From Octopus sinensis (lineage: Eukaryota): a stretch of 64,000 bases of DNA. Both the position numbers and the translations under genes were made by a program. The first letter of the stretch is position 1. Each line of letters starts with the position of its first letter. Shown piece by piece: positions 38,531-50,249 of the stretch. The DNA lies in the NCBI RefSeq assembly GCF_006345805.1, contig NC_043006.1:44764001-44828000 (forward strand). The letters run 5' to 3'. The notes beneath the pieces are model-generated. The model worked only from the letters and a program-made list of their open reading frames with translations, was not told the DNA's origin and made no database searches.

Positions 38531-40316
38531 AATTCAGTGTGCAATAATATCGTCTTACCTCTGCTAGGTCAGCGAAAGTAATGCTGGTTAATTTGATATC
38601 AGGATTTCGAATTTAGCGCCAAACGGTGCCTGATCCTTTTCAGCCAAATCCGCCAGCCAGCAACTACTAAATTTTCCCCCACCACGCCCACAAATTCGTT
38701 CGAAGTGGTCAAGCACCACTTAAACGAAATACGTGAAATTATTTATAAATAAATATGAGCGATAGTACACTAACCAGCGTTACTTTTGTTGACCTATCAG
38801 GAGCAAGAGGGTATTATTGTTCACTGAAAATTTTTCCTATCATGCGTGTATTAATTTTATGACTATTCCGTGTCATAGAAGTATATGTGATCGCTCTATA
38901 AATAACAGGCAAGGCTTCCACAAACCACAACTCATCATTTTAAGCAAAAGAACAATCTATTGGACTCAATGGCTTTGATATACTTAAAACAAACGACGGG
39001 ATGGTCAAGACTGGAGCGGATTTCATTATTGACTGTCTCAAAGCTAAACAAGAACAGCAGCAACAGCAGTTGAGGCGCAATGGCCCAGTAGTTAGGGCAG
39101 CGGACTCGCGGTCGTAAGAGCACGGTTTCGATTCTCAGACCGGGCATTGTGAGTGTTTATTGAGCATTACTCATGCTTTAAGAATTGTTTTAAACTTATG
39201 TTTTTGTAAAGTCAATCCGCATTGAATGGGAAAAGGCAGTTCCAAAGCCAATCCGCTCCAAATTTGGCAAGAATATTACTCATGCTTAACTGACTGTTTT
39301 AAACTAATGTTTTGTCAAGTTTCTTCGTATTAAATTTGCAATTTACTAGATTAAACTTGTTTCTTTTTTTTTTGCTTACAACTTCTGCCGTTTACTCACG
39401 CGCCAAGGATTGTGGAGCAGTTGTACCTCGCTGAATTGATCTGTGTACATTAGTGTTTACTTACCCTCTCCCTATTATCGCCCCATTATCCCTCCCCCCA
39501 CTTCAGCACAAATTTTCTTTAATTACCCTCTGCTCATGGTGTGATAACACGGGGCGAACTACGAATGTGACCTTTGACATGTGAACGTGAACACTACTAA
39601 TGCGCACCTTCTTTTTTTGATCTGTGCACATTAGTGTTTACTTAGCCCCACCACTATTATCCCCTACGTCCATGATGACCCCTCCACTTCAGCCTCTTAT
39701 TTAGTGTGAATGACTGCTTTTACCACGTCCTTAGTGTTTATTCACCACTCCCGCCCCATTATCGCCGACGATCATAATGCCCCCCTTTCCACCATCATTT
39801 TTCTTAATGACATTATGTCAATGACCTGCCAATAAGGGGTGAACTGTGAACATGACCTTTGACCTATGCGCGTGAACACTATTGATTGTCCACTGTAATG
39901 AGCCCATCCAATTAATTCTTTGACTGATTTTCATTGGTAGAATACTGTCACTGTCAAATCGTAATTACTGATGCGCTTTTGTGCATATCTGATACGTGCT
40001 TCGACTTACAGGTTAAGCCTACCATTTGACATACATTTTTACTTTAACTTCATAATTCCTATTGAAATTTTTCGTTGTTCCCATACTCAGTTAAGTTAAC
40101 TCTTTTATTATGTTGTTGCCAACCAGCTTTTAGCTTACGTGTCGTTAAAAAATATTGTATTCAGTGTCTTTGTTTCCACATATATAACTGTCTGTACCCG
40201 CTTCCACCTTTTTTGAATAATGTTTAGTACGTTCATTTTTTATATATCCTGCCAAATTTGTTTTTCAGTCTCACCTTTTGCCCGTCTTTTAAAACTCGCA
40301 ATTTAAATATTTGTGC

Positions 40317-40827
40317 GACCCCCTTCGGTCATGAATGACCATGGGATTGCACCTAGAAAGTTACCCTCCGAGGCACAAGTCTGGGCAAGGTTTTTTTTTA
40401 TGGAAGACCAGCACTCGCCCATGCATACCGGCCTCCCCTCTCCACGCCACCGATGTTATCCAAGGGAAAGGCAAAGTCCGATACAGCTTGGCACCAGTGA
40501 CGTCGCAGCTCATTTATTAACATGCAAGTGGTCGAACATTTCACAGACACGTGTACCCTTAACGTAGTTCTCGAGGAGATTCAGCGTGACACAGTGTGTG
40601 ACAAGGCTGGCCCTTTGAAATACAGGTACAACAGAAACAGGAAGAAAGAGTGAGAGAAAGTTGTGGTGAAAGTGTACAGCAGGGTTCACCGCCACCCCCT
40701 GCCGGAGCCTCGTGGAGCTTTAGGTGTTTTTGCTCAATAAACACTCACAATGCCCGGTCGGGGAATCGAAACCGCGATCCAACGACCGCGAGTCCGCTGC
40801 CCTAACCACTGGGCCATTGCGCCTCCA
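40317..40827 (-). mobile_element. Composite SINE: head B, partial tail W, then tail D
   Basis: Head 40827-40620, W segment 40620-40517, D segment 40515-40317 matching 9789-9985. Confidence 0.85.
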
Positions 40828-40924
40828 CCGCAATTTGAATATAGTCCAATACTATCGCCATGCCGCCTAAGATAAAACGCGCCTTGATCGTAAAACAGAG
40901 TCTGCTCCGGCTGTCAAAAGGAGG

Positions 40925-41657
40925 GCGAGCCATGTTTCTCTCATGACCAATTATACTTCGGATGCGCCAGAGTTGGAAGCAAACAAAATCTATTCGTACT
41001 TGCCCCTAATGGCAAAACGAAAAATATGGTCTACAGAGAAGTGTTGTAGGCACTTCACGTGTCAACTGCTTTCAAATTCATGAACTCTGTACCTCTACCA
41101 CACCAGTGCAACCTTGCAGACCTGATATGTGGTAAGTGAGTGCTTTCACAGTTAATAACTTTCTTCAACCATGTTTCTTTTCCTTTGTCCATCTTAGGTT
41201 TGTCATCTGTTTCTACAGAGTTTCACATTTCATAGCAACAGTTCCGTTGCTTTCAGTGTAAACGAAAAAAAGGCCCTTTTCAGAGCCACTTTATATACGA
41301 TTATTACACCACCCGAGAACGCATTACAGCCCTTTTCAGGGCTACTCATCAAATTGTTACTGTTGTGAGAACGACAAAAAAACCCTTTGCAGGGCTACTT
41401 CACCCGTGATTGTTACAACCCTTGAGAACGCATTAAAGCTCTTTTCAGGATTTCGTATCAAACTGTTACCGCTTGGCTTGAGCGGTAACCCGGCGACCAA
41501 TTTTGTTACAGTTTGCGAGAAATGTGTTACAATTTTCTTACAATAAGCGATCAATTTTGTTACAATTTGGCGTTAACGTTATTTATGCCAGGAAATTTAC
41601 TAAGTACCAGAAACGTAGTATTTGAATCCCGAGCGACGCCGGGTACTTCTGCTAGTA
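40925..41657 (+). mobile_element. Helitron/Helentron 3' end (helicase C-terminus and terminal hairpin)
   Basis: EPCFSHDQLYFGCARVGSKQNL...VLAPNGKTKNMVYREVL* (40925-41060). 3' terminus CCCGAGCGACGCCGGG...GCTAGT. Confidence 0.75.
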
Positions 41658-41806
41658 TGGAATACATCATAATCATACAATCATAATCTCTGCCAATTCA
41701 CGGTTGACTGAGATTAAACTCGATTGACAGCAATAAATACAACAAAACAAGCACCAACAGTTAAGTTGTTTACATTTTTCACAGGTACGCATATACACAA
41801 ACATAG

Positions 41807-41880
<74 letters not shown>

Positions 41881-42218
41881 TCAAATACACACACACAGAC
41901 ACACATACACAGAGCAGTAAATTTAACTATTACTTTTGCTGTCTCGCCTGGTACGGACTAAAGATTATATAGAAAGCAATTTCACAAAACGTACACACTC
42001 TAGCCTTGCATGCAAAGTTGATAAATTCAAGCGATTGATAAATGAACGTGTTGGAACGCGTGTTGTTAGGTAATTTGCATAACGTCACTAATAGTTACGT
42101 TATGCCAATCACACATATGTCGTATAAACACTGTGGCTATGCTATGAGTTTATATGCACTCAATTCTTGTGTTTGTGTGTGTATGTATATCGTTATTTAT
42201 CAATATCTATAAAGCTGA

Positions 42219-42600
42219 GTGGAGGCGCAATGGCCCAGTGGTTAGGGCAGCGGACTCGCGGTTGTAGGATCGCGGTTTCGATTCCCAGACCGGGCATTGT
42301 GAGTGTTTATTGAGCGAAAACACCTAAAGCTCCACGAGGCTCCGGCAGGGGGTGGTGGTGATCTCTGCTGTACTCTTTCGCCACAACTTTCTCTCACTCT
42401 TACTTCCTGTTTCTGTTGTACCTGTATTTCAAAGGGCCGGCCTTGTCACACTCTGTGTCACGCTGAATATCCCCGAGAACTACGTTAAGGGTACACGTGT
42501 CTGTGGAGTGCTCAGCCACTTACACGTTAATTTCACGAGCAGGCTGTTCCGTTGATTCGGATCAACCGGAACCCTCGTCGTCGTAACCGACGGAGTGCTT
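42219..42600 (+). mobile_element. SINE head B with tail W, full length
   Basis: tRNA-Arg-like head (A box TGGCCCAGTGG, TCG loop, B box GGTTTCGATTCC). Ends GTCGTAACCGACGGAGTGC. Confidence 0.9.
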
Positions 42601-43320
42601 CCTAAAAAATAAAGCTGAAATGCGAAAAAGTTGTTTGATTTCTTGGTTATTTGTCTCATTTTGGGACGGGAACGGTTTAAAAGGCGGTAGATGGGGTCGG
42701 ACTGGCGCCAAAATTTATACCGGGCGGTAAAATGGGGTGGGCAGTGGTGTGAGGAGGGTTGCAAGTCGCTCGGGGCTACCGTTTGGTTGTCATGGTGAGG
42801 AATATGGGAAAAATTGAGTTTTATGGGATAGACAGGTTGCGCTGTTTGAATAATGATGGCTTTTCGTGTTGCTGCAGGGGCTAGAGGCGGTTATCTTTAA
42901 TTGTGGGTGTAAAAATTTGGGGGATTTTGAAAAGGGGGGGGGGTAAAGAAGAGGGCAATAAAAAGAACCAGGCAAAGAAGACGAACAAAGAAGAAAGGGA
43001 AAAGGAGACAACACGCACAAAACAACACCACCACCAAAACCCGAGCGAAGCTAGTCTATCTATATATTCTAAATTTCTTTATTTTATTTACGTTTTATTT
43101 TTATTATTACTATTATTTATGTTTTATATTTTTAGAAGTTTGAAAGTGTTTAGTTACAAAAAATATTTTTAATCTGTCGGTCAAAAGGTAAAGATCTAAA
43201 AGAATCAATACAAATATTGCAAGATATTTTAACCGAAATTCTAGTGATTCTGTCTCTTTGCTACTTTTCATACACTCCTAGCAATTTGAAAGTTTGTTTT
43301 GGTGCAAATTTGATGAAGCA

Positions 43321-43477
43321 TAGGTGTAGGAGTGGCTGTGTGGTAAGTAGCTTGCTTACGAACCATACGGTTCAGACCCACTGCGTAGCACCTTGGGCAA
43401 ATGTCTTCTACTATAGCCTCGGGCCGATCAAAGCCTTGTGAGTGGATTTGGTAGACGGAAACGGAAAGAAGCCCATC

Positions 43478-43567
<90 letters not shown>

Positions 43568-43778
43568 CTTTGTGTGTCTGTGTTTGTCGCCCCAACATCG
43601 CTTGACAACCGATGCTGGTGTGTTTACGTCCCCGTAACTTAGCAGTTCGGCTAAAGGGACCGATAGAATAAGTACCAGGCTTACAAAGAATAAGTTATGG
43701 GGTCGATTTGGTCGACTAAAAGGCGGTGCTCCAGCATGGCCGCAGTCAAATGACTGAAACAAGTAAAAGAGTAAAAGA
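43321..43778 (+). mobile_element. SINE E, full length
   Basis: Same structure as 29954-30375. 3' GGCGGTGCTCCAGCATGGCCGCAGTCAAATGACTGAAAC. Confidence 0.9.
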
Positions 43779-43917
43779 TTAAAACAGATCATTATTTCTT
43801 ATTTCAAGAACGCGGATACAAAGCTGATGCCTCCCGTCAAATCGTTTCACAAATAATTATAGTTAACATTCAAAGATATCTATTGATATGGAAATATCGA
43901 TCCGTACTAAGAAACAG

Positions 43918-44337
43918 CTTGCCTGTGCAAGTGCAGTCAGTCGAAAACTCTGCTACCGGACGTTAATAGGTTTCAGGGTCTTCGGGAGAGAGTGCACACC
44001 ATTTCGGGTCTTCCCACAGATGGCTTTACAGTGCATCCATCCTGCTCAACTAGTGTCACCATCACTACTGATCGACTGACTAGTATTCGATCGTAAGTTC
44101 AATCCCGGATCATCATCACAATTTAAACTTGCTTATGCAAATGCAGTCAGTCGAAAACTCTGCTACCGGACGATAATAGGTTTCAAGGCCTTCGGGAGAG
44201 AGCGCACACCATTTCGGGCCTTCCCAAGGATGGCTTTACAGTGCATCCGTCCTGCTCAACTAATGTCACCATCACTACTGATCGACTGACTAGTATTCGA
44301 TCGTAAGTTCATTCCGGGATCATCATCACAATTTAAA
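43918..44337. repeat. Diverged 210-bp tandem duplication
   Basis: TGCAGTCAGTCGAAAACTCTGCTACCGGACG...CATCATCACAATTTAAA occurs at 43918 and 44128 with scattered substitutions. Confidence 0.9.
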
Positions 44338-44389
44338 TTCTGGAGTCGTGCAGGTTTTCTTTGCCATGGTAGGAAAACCTCACACTCAC

Positions 44390-44690
44390 ACCTCACCACT
44401 CGAATTATATCCAACGGCTGGCTCTCTCAACTGTCACTTCGATTTCTTTCAAGATGGTGTTTGCTTGACGATCTCAATCTGGTTCCAAATCTTTTACATC
44501 CAACTTCTACAGGAAAGTATACTACACTCTAACCAACATGTTTAGAATCTTCTAATTGTGTCTTATAACGCTTGTCTTTCCTAGCCGGAACAGCATCAAT
44601 ATTGTCCTCATGTGGGGCAGTTAATTCAACAAGGTATATCATCTTGCGTTCCTCACACCAGGTTACCATATCAGGCTTCTTTTTTTGGTA
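44390..44690 (-). pseudogene. Restriction-like endonuclease (PD-D/ExK) domain of an R2/HERO-type LINE
   Basis: KPDMVTWCEERKMIYLVELTAPHEDNI...KRY...G*SVVYFPVEVGCKRF resembles the RPD...ELTVPWE...PVEVGCRGF motif. Confidence 0.7.
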
Positions 44691-45209
44691 TTGGAAAGAG
44701 ATGTTCACACCCTAAAAGATGTGCTCTCATCTCACAAACTTCGTCTCAGTTCTCCTCGTCCGCAGTTTTCCCCTGTTTTAGGTAACTCTCGTTTTTAATT
44801 TGATCCCTCATATATGATCTCTTATGTTTTGCAGAAGAGTTATTTCAGCATCAAAAAGAATTCTTCGCCGTATTTGTTCTGATACGCAATTAGATAGTAG
44901 TTTGTTTACTATTTCTAGCAAGACGAGACATCCTATTTGCTTCCTCGTACATTCTGGACTATTAGCCGTGAATATCAAGAAAAAATAAAAAGCAAAAAAC
45001 TACGACCAATGAAAAAGCGACAAAGAGACCAAAACGAACGTAAAGGTAAACAAAATAAAAATGTTATAATTGAAAACTCAAACCATTACGAAGCAATCTA
45101 AATTTTAAAATTATATTGTCAACGTTTTTTATTATAAACTTTTTTGTGTTGAATTATCCTAAAAAAAGCCCATTTAAGTGGTGTAAATTCAGATTATTGT
45201 TATATACTA

Positions 45210-45613
45210 TTTTACTCTTTTACTTGTTTCAGTCATTTGTCTGCGGCCATGCTGGAGCACCGCCCTTAGTCGACCAAATCGACCCCAGGACTTATTCTTT
45301 GTAAGCCTAGTACTTATTCTATCGGTCTCTTTTGCCGAACCACCAAGTTATGGGGACGTAAATACACCAGCATCGGTTGTCAAGCGGTGTTTGGGGGACA
45401 AACACAGACACACAAACACACACACGCATATATATATATACATATATACGACAGGCTTCTTTCAGTTTCCGTCTACCAAACTCACTCACAAGGTTTTGGT
45501 CGGCCCGAGGCTATAGTAGAAGACACTTGCCCAAGGTGCCACTCAGTGGGACTGAATCCAGAAACATGTGGTTCGTAAGCAAGCTACTTACTACACAGCC
45601 ACTCCTATGCCTA
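45210..45613 (-). mobile_element. SINE E, full length
   Basis: Reverse complement of the 43321-type element. Confidence 0.9.
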
Positions 45614-46059
45614 AATATGTTTACTCCTAAATAAGGTATGTTTTATATTCAATATTTTTCTTTTGTTGATAGGTAAATATTATGAAAGTGGGACAGCTTA
45701 AGGTTTTGTGTATGGATAGTTTAGTAGTTAAGTAATGATTCTTGTTCAAACTCGCATTCCAGCTCACGTCTTGAGGCAACCAATCAAATGCTCATTTGAA
45801 CACGGAAGTTGTTTAGCTCTTTGTTTGCCGATGCATAGCAGGCGCTGCATGGTGGGAAGTAAGCGCCTGATAAATGAAGGTCAGGTATCAGTTTCTATTT
45901 GCACATACCGGTGTGGACTGAATAATCCACAGGATGACCATGAAAGTGTGATACTAGTGCTGTGATCTCTTGAATGCATTCATTTTAACTCTTTTTATTA
46001 ATAACTGGCATTTGAGTGTTCAAAGGAGTTTTCAAAACCAACTAGTAGCGATCTCTCGT

Positions 46060-47148
46060 GAAAACTGGATAAAATTTGGTATCGTGTTGTTTTCAAGTAC
46101 TGCAAAAAAAAAAAAAAGAAAAAAAAAGACAAGAAAAAGGGTTTAGACCCTAACAGCATACATGCTGACATGGTTGCTACATTAGGAGATGACGTTCCAG
46201 CTTTATCAATAGTGAAAAAGTGGGCAGCTGAATTTAGGAATGAAATGGAGAGTCTTGAAGATAATCCAAGATCTCGACGTCCTGCAACTGCCACCACCGT
46301 GAGAAACATTGGTCGTGTTCAGCATGTGATGATGGATGACAGGCGATTGACTATAAATCAAATAGCCCATGCAATTAGCATACCCCGTGAGAGTTGAGAA
46401 TATTCTATACAATGAAATTGGCATGACGACTGTTTCTACTTGATGGGTGCCACGTATTCTGTCACCTGATCAAAAGCACACCAAGCTGATCCCACCACGG
46501 GAAAATTCGACATTGTTTGAAGCAGACCCAGCTGGTTTCTTACAACATTTCCCAACCCAGGATGAGCCAGAGACAAAGAGACAATCGATGTAGTGAAAAC
46601 ACCCTTCCTCACCTGCTCCAAAGAAGGCCAAAAGGTAGTTTCCTTTGGCCTAAGTTTTTTTCGAATGCTAAATGCATTGTTTTTAATGGATATCTTCAAA
46701 AGAGCAACATCAACCTTTTGGGGGTAGTTACGCAAGGCTATCAAGATCGAACACCGAGGAAAATTGATGAAAGGGGGTCTTGTTTCATCAGGACAATGCT
46801 CCAGCACACAAGACCTTTGTTTCAATGGGTGCTGAAAGCGACTGTAGCTTTGAATTAGTTGATCACACTCCCTATTCTCCTGATTTGGTCCTATCTGACT
46901 TTCATCTGTTCCCCAACATAAAAACTCACTTGTCTGGGAACCAGTATCACATTGATGATAACGTCATATCTGCTGTTGACTTGTTGACCAACAGGATAAA
47001 AGCTTCTTCACCAATGAGGTCCAAGCATTGCAACATCGATGGAAGAAGTGTGTGGAGAGCAAAGGAGACTATGTTGATAAATAAATCTCATTAGTTCACA
47101 TACCATGAGAGTTTTGGTCAGCTTATAAACTGTTTAGTCGACCCTTAT
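46060..47148 (+). mobile_element. Degraded DD34D mariner
   Basis: N-terminal VKKWAAEFR...SLEDNPRSRRP, C-terminal HQDNAPAH...HTPYSPDLVLSDFHLFP. Right TIR remnant AAACTGTTTAGTCGACCCTTATA. Confidence 0.85.
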
Positions 47149-48094
47149 AAAGCCAATGATAATTCCACTAGGAAAAATAAAGAAGATTTATCATGCATCT
47201 ATCTAACGCAAATACACTCATCTATGTGTCTCTCCCAAATACACTCCTAGTAAGAAAGTTCAATATTTCCTTGTGCATAATAAATATTTTGTGTTTATTA
47301 GAGATGCAATTGCTTGTGGAAGTCATTTTAGCCATCTAAAACACACACACAAAAATCATTAATGTTTAAATTCTTAAATGAAATGTCGAAGTTTTCATCA
47401 CACCATTACGACGCGGACACCCCATTACGACGCGGACACTAACACAGTTTCGCAGTGACTGCTGTGGAACGGTGCTAGTCACAGATGAGCAAGGGAAACT
47501 TTTGACAACTCATAGAAATAAACGAAAAGTGAATTTAACAATTATATGTAAAACGTAAAACCCTTTCTATAATAGGAACAAAGCCTGGAGAGGTGGTGGT
47601 GGGACTAGGCGATTACATCGACTCAAGTGCTCAACTGGTATTTATTTTACCGACTCCGAAAGGAGTCGATAAAACTTTAACGCAAATACGGGTGAAAATT
47701 TGAACGCAGAATGTAAAAACGGACAAAATACCGCTAAGCATTTTGTCTGACGTGCCAACGATTCTGTAAGTTCGCCACTTTAGTATGATAAGTAATATCA
47801 TTTCTAGTATAGGCATAAGTCCTGAAGTTTTGGAGAAGGGGGACAATCAATTACGTCGACTATCCTCCTCCCCCAATCTAATAACAAATAACTAAAACGG
47901 TTTTTCCACGATGTAATTTGGTTTTTACATCCGGTTTCAAATCTAGTGTTTTCTAGACAAACTGGACTCCACAAAATCATTATAGAGTGTTGATTGGAAA
48001 TGTCTTAATGGTATCTTTCTGAGTTTAAATACTGTGGAAATTAACGTTGTTTTTTATTTCTTCCAGGGGCCGATAAAATAAGAAGTGATCTTTT

Positions 48095-48270
48095 CACCTT
48101 TTTCAGTCATTTGATTGCGTCTGTTCTGGGGCACCGCCTTGAAAAGCTTCCAGCTAAATGAATCGATCCCAGAACTTCTTCCTTTTTTGCCGATAGGCGC
48201 TATGTTTCTGAGATATAAACACACCAGCATTGGCTGTCAAGCGGTAGTGGGGGACAAACACAAACACAAA

Positions 48271-48335
<65 letters not shown>

Positions 48336-48512
48336 ACACACACATGTATACGACGGGCTTCTTTCAGTTTCCCTACCAAATCTACTCGCAATGCTTTCAT
48401 CGGCCCGAGACTTTATTAGAAGACACATGCACAAGGTCCCACGCAGTGGGACTGAGCTCGGAACCATGTAGTCGGGAAGCAAGCTTCTTACCACACAGCC
48501 ACACTTGTGCCT
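48095..48512 (-). mobile_element. SINE E, diverged, internal (CA)n
   Basis: Homologous to the other SINE E copies. Confidence 0.8.
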
Positions 48513-49027
48513 AATGTAATTTAGTGAAATAGTTTTATTAAGCATATATATATGATGCGCGTGGGCTTGCTTGCGTAAATGTACATAGTCTTTGGTCGTA
48601 TGCAAACATTAACACGTACTGAATATAATGTATGATGAATTCAGTCAACTTTAGGTATTCTGAAATATAACTTTTAAGTATAACAGCCACAATGGCAACA
48701 CAAACAGTATTGAGCAGGAAACTTTGTACAGATAGCTTCTTAGCCAAGCAGTGATCATTGTTCGTTCGATTTGACCTCAACTTACGTCATGATACGATTA
48801 ATCAAATATTTGAAGGCTAAAACTATGATGCTTTTCATCTGTCAGTTTTGACTTCATGCATATCGGACGCTTTGAATGTCAATGCATGATATACAAAGAC
48901 CCGGAAGTTATTAGAATCTGTGTATAATCCATAGAAAATAAGGGATACACATTCCATATACTTTTACCCCTAGTAAAAAAGTTGAAATATATTATTTGTT
49001 GTGCTTTATTATTTATATAGGTTCGAA

Positions 49028-49630
49028 AGGCGGCGAGCTGGCAGAATCGTTAGCGTGCCGGACGAAATGCTTAGCGGCATTTCGTCTGCCGCAATGTTCT
49101 GAGTTCAAATTCCGCCGAGGTCGACTTTGCCTTTCATCCTTTCGGGTTCGATAAATTAAGTACCAGTTACGCACTGGGGTCGATGTAATCGACTTAATCC
49201 CTTTGTCTGTCCTATTTTGTCCCCTCTGTGTTTAGCCCCTTGTGGGCAATAAAGAAATAGGTATTTTGTCTGCCGCTACGTTCTGAGTTCAAATTCCGCC
49301 GAGGTCGACTTTGCCTTTCATCCTTTCGGGGTCGATAAATTAAGTACTAGTTACGCACTGGGTTCGATGTAATCGACTTAATTCCTTTGTCTGTCCTTGT
49401 TTGTCCCCTCTATGTTTAGCCCCTTGTGGGCAATAAAGAAATAAGAATCGTTAGTACGCTGGTAAAATCTTAGATGCATTTCGTCCGTTTTCACGTTCAG
49501 AGTTCAAATTTCGCCGTGGTTCACTTTACCTGTTTCCTTTCGAGGTTGATAAAATAAGTACATGTAGAGCACTGGGGTCGATGTAATGACTAGCATCCGC
49601 CTTCCCAAAATTTCAGGCCTCGTGTCTATA
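49028..49630 (+). mobile_element. SINE A dimer followed by a third diverged copy
   Basis: Junction AAAGAAATAG|GTATTTTGTCTG at 49260, second junction AAAGAAATAAGAATCGTTAG near 49440. Confidence 0.9.
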
Positions 49631-49789
49631 GAAGAAGAGATTTTTATAAAGAGTTATTAGATGCCCGCCACCTCCAGAAAACAGGATAAATAAGACTTTT
49701 TTAATCGGCAGAAGGAAAGTAGTTTCAAGACCGACACTTACATCCATGACTCAAAGAGTGTTCCTTTGTATATATAATATTATATACCA

Positions 49790-50139
<350 letters not shown>

Positions 50140-50249
50140 TTGATTTGATTTGATTTTTTCCAGTTTCAGCTTATGAGCTGTGGCCATGCTGGGGCACCGC
50201 CATTTGGTGTTGCTACTTGGTTTCACTTCATGAAGGCTTTCTAGCAACT

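Noticed and set aside
39560-39875. Nuclear-receptor DR1 sites (TGACCTTTGACC) in loose internal repeats
   Set aside because: They lie in a degenerate repeat, and the motif alone gives no evidence of function.
42219-42300. tRNA-Arg(TCG) gene
   Set aside because: A and B boxes and an anticodon loop are present, but there is no acceptor stem and the sequence continues into a dispersed SINE body. The same applies to the other SINE heads.
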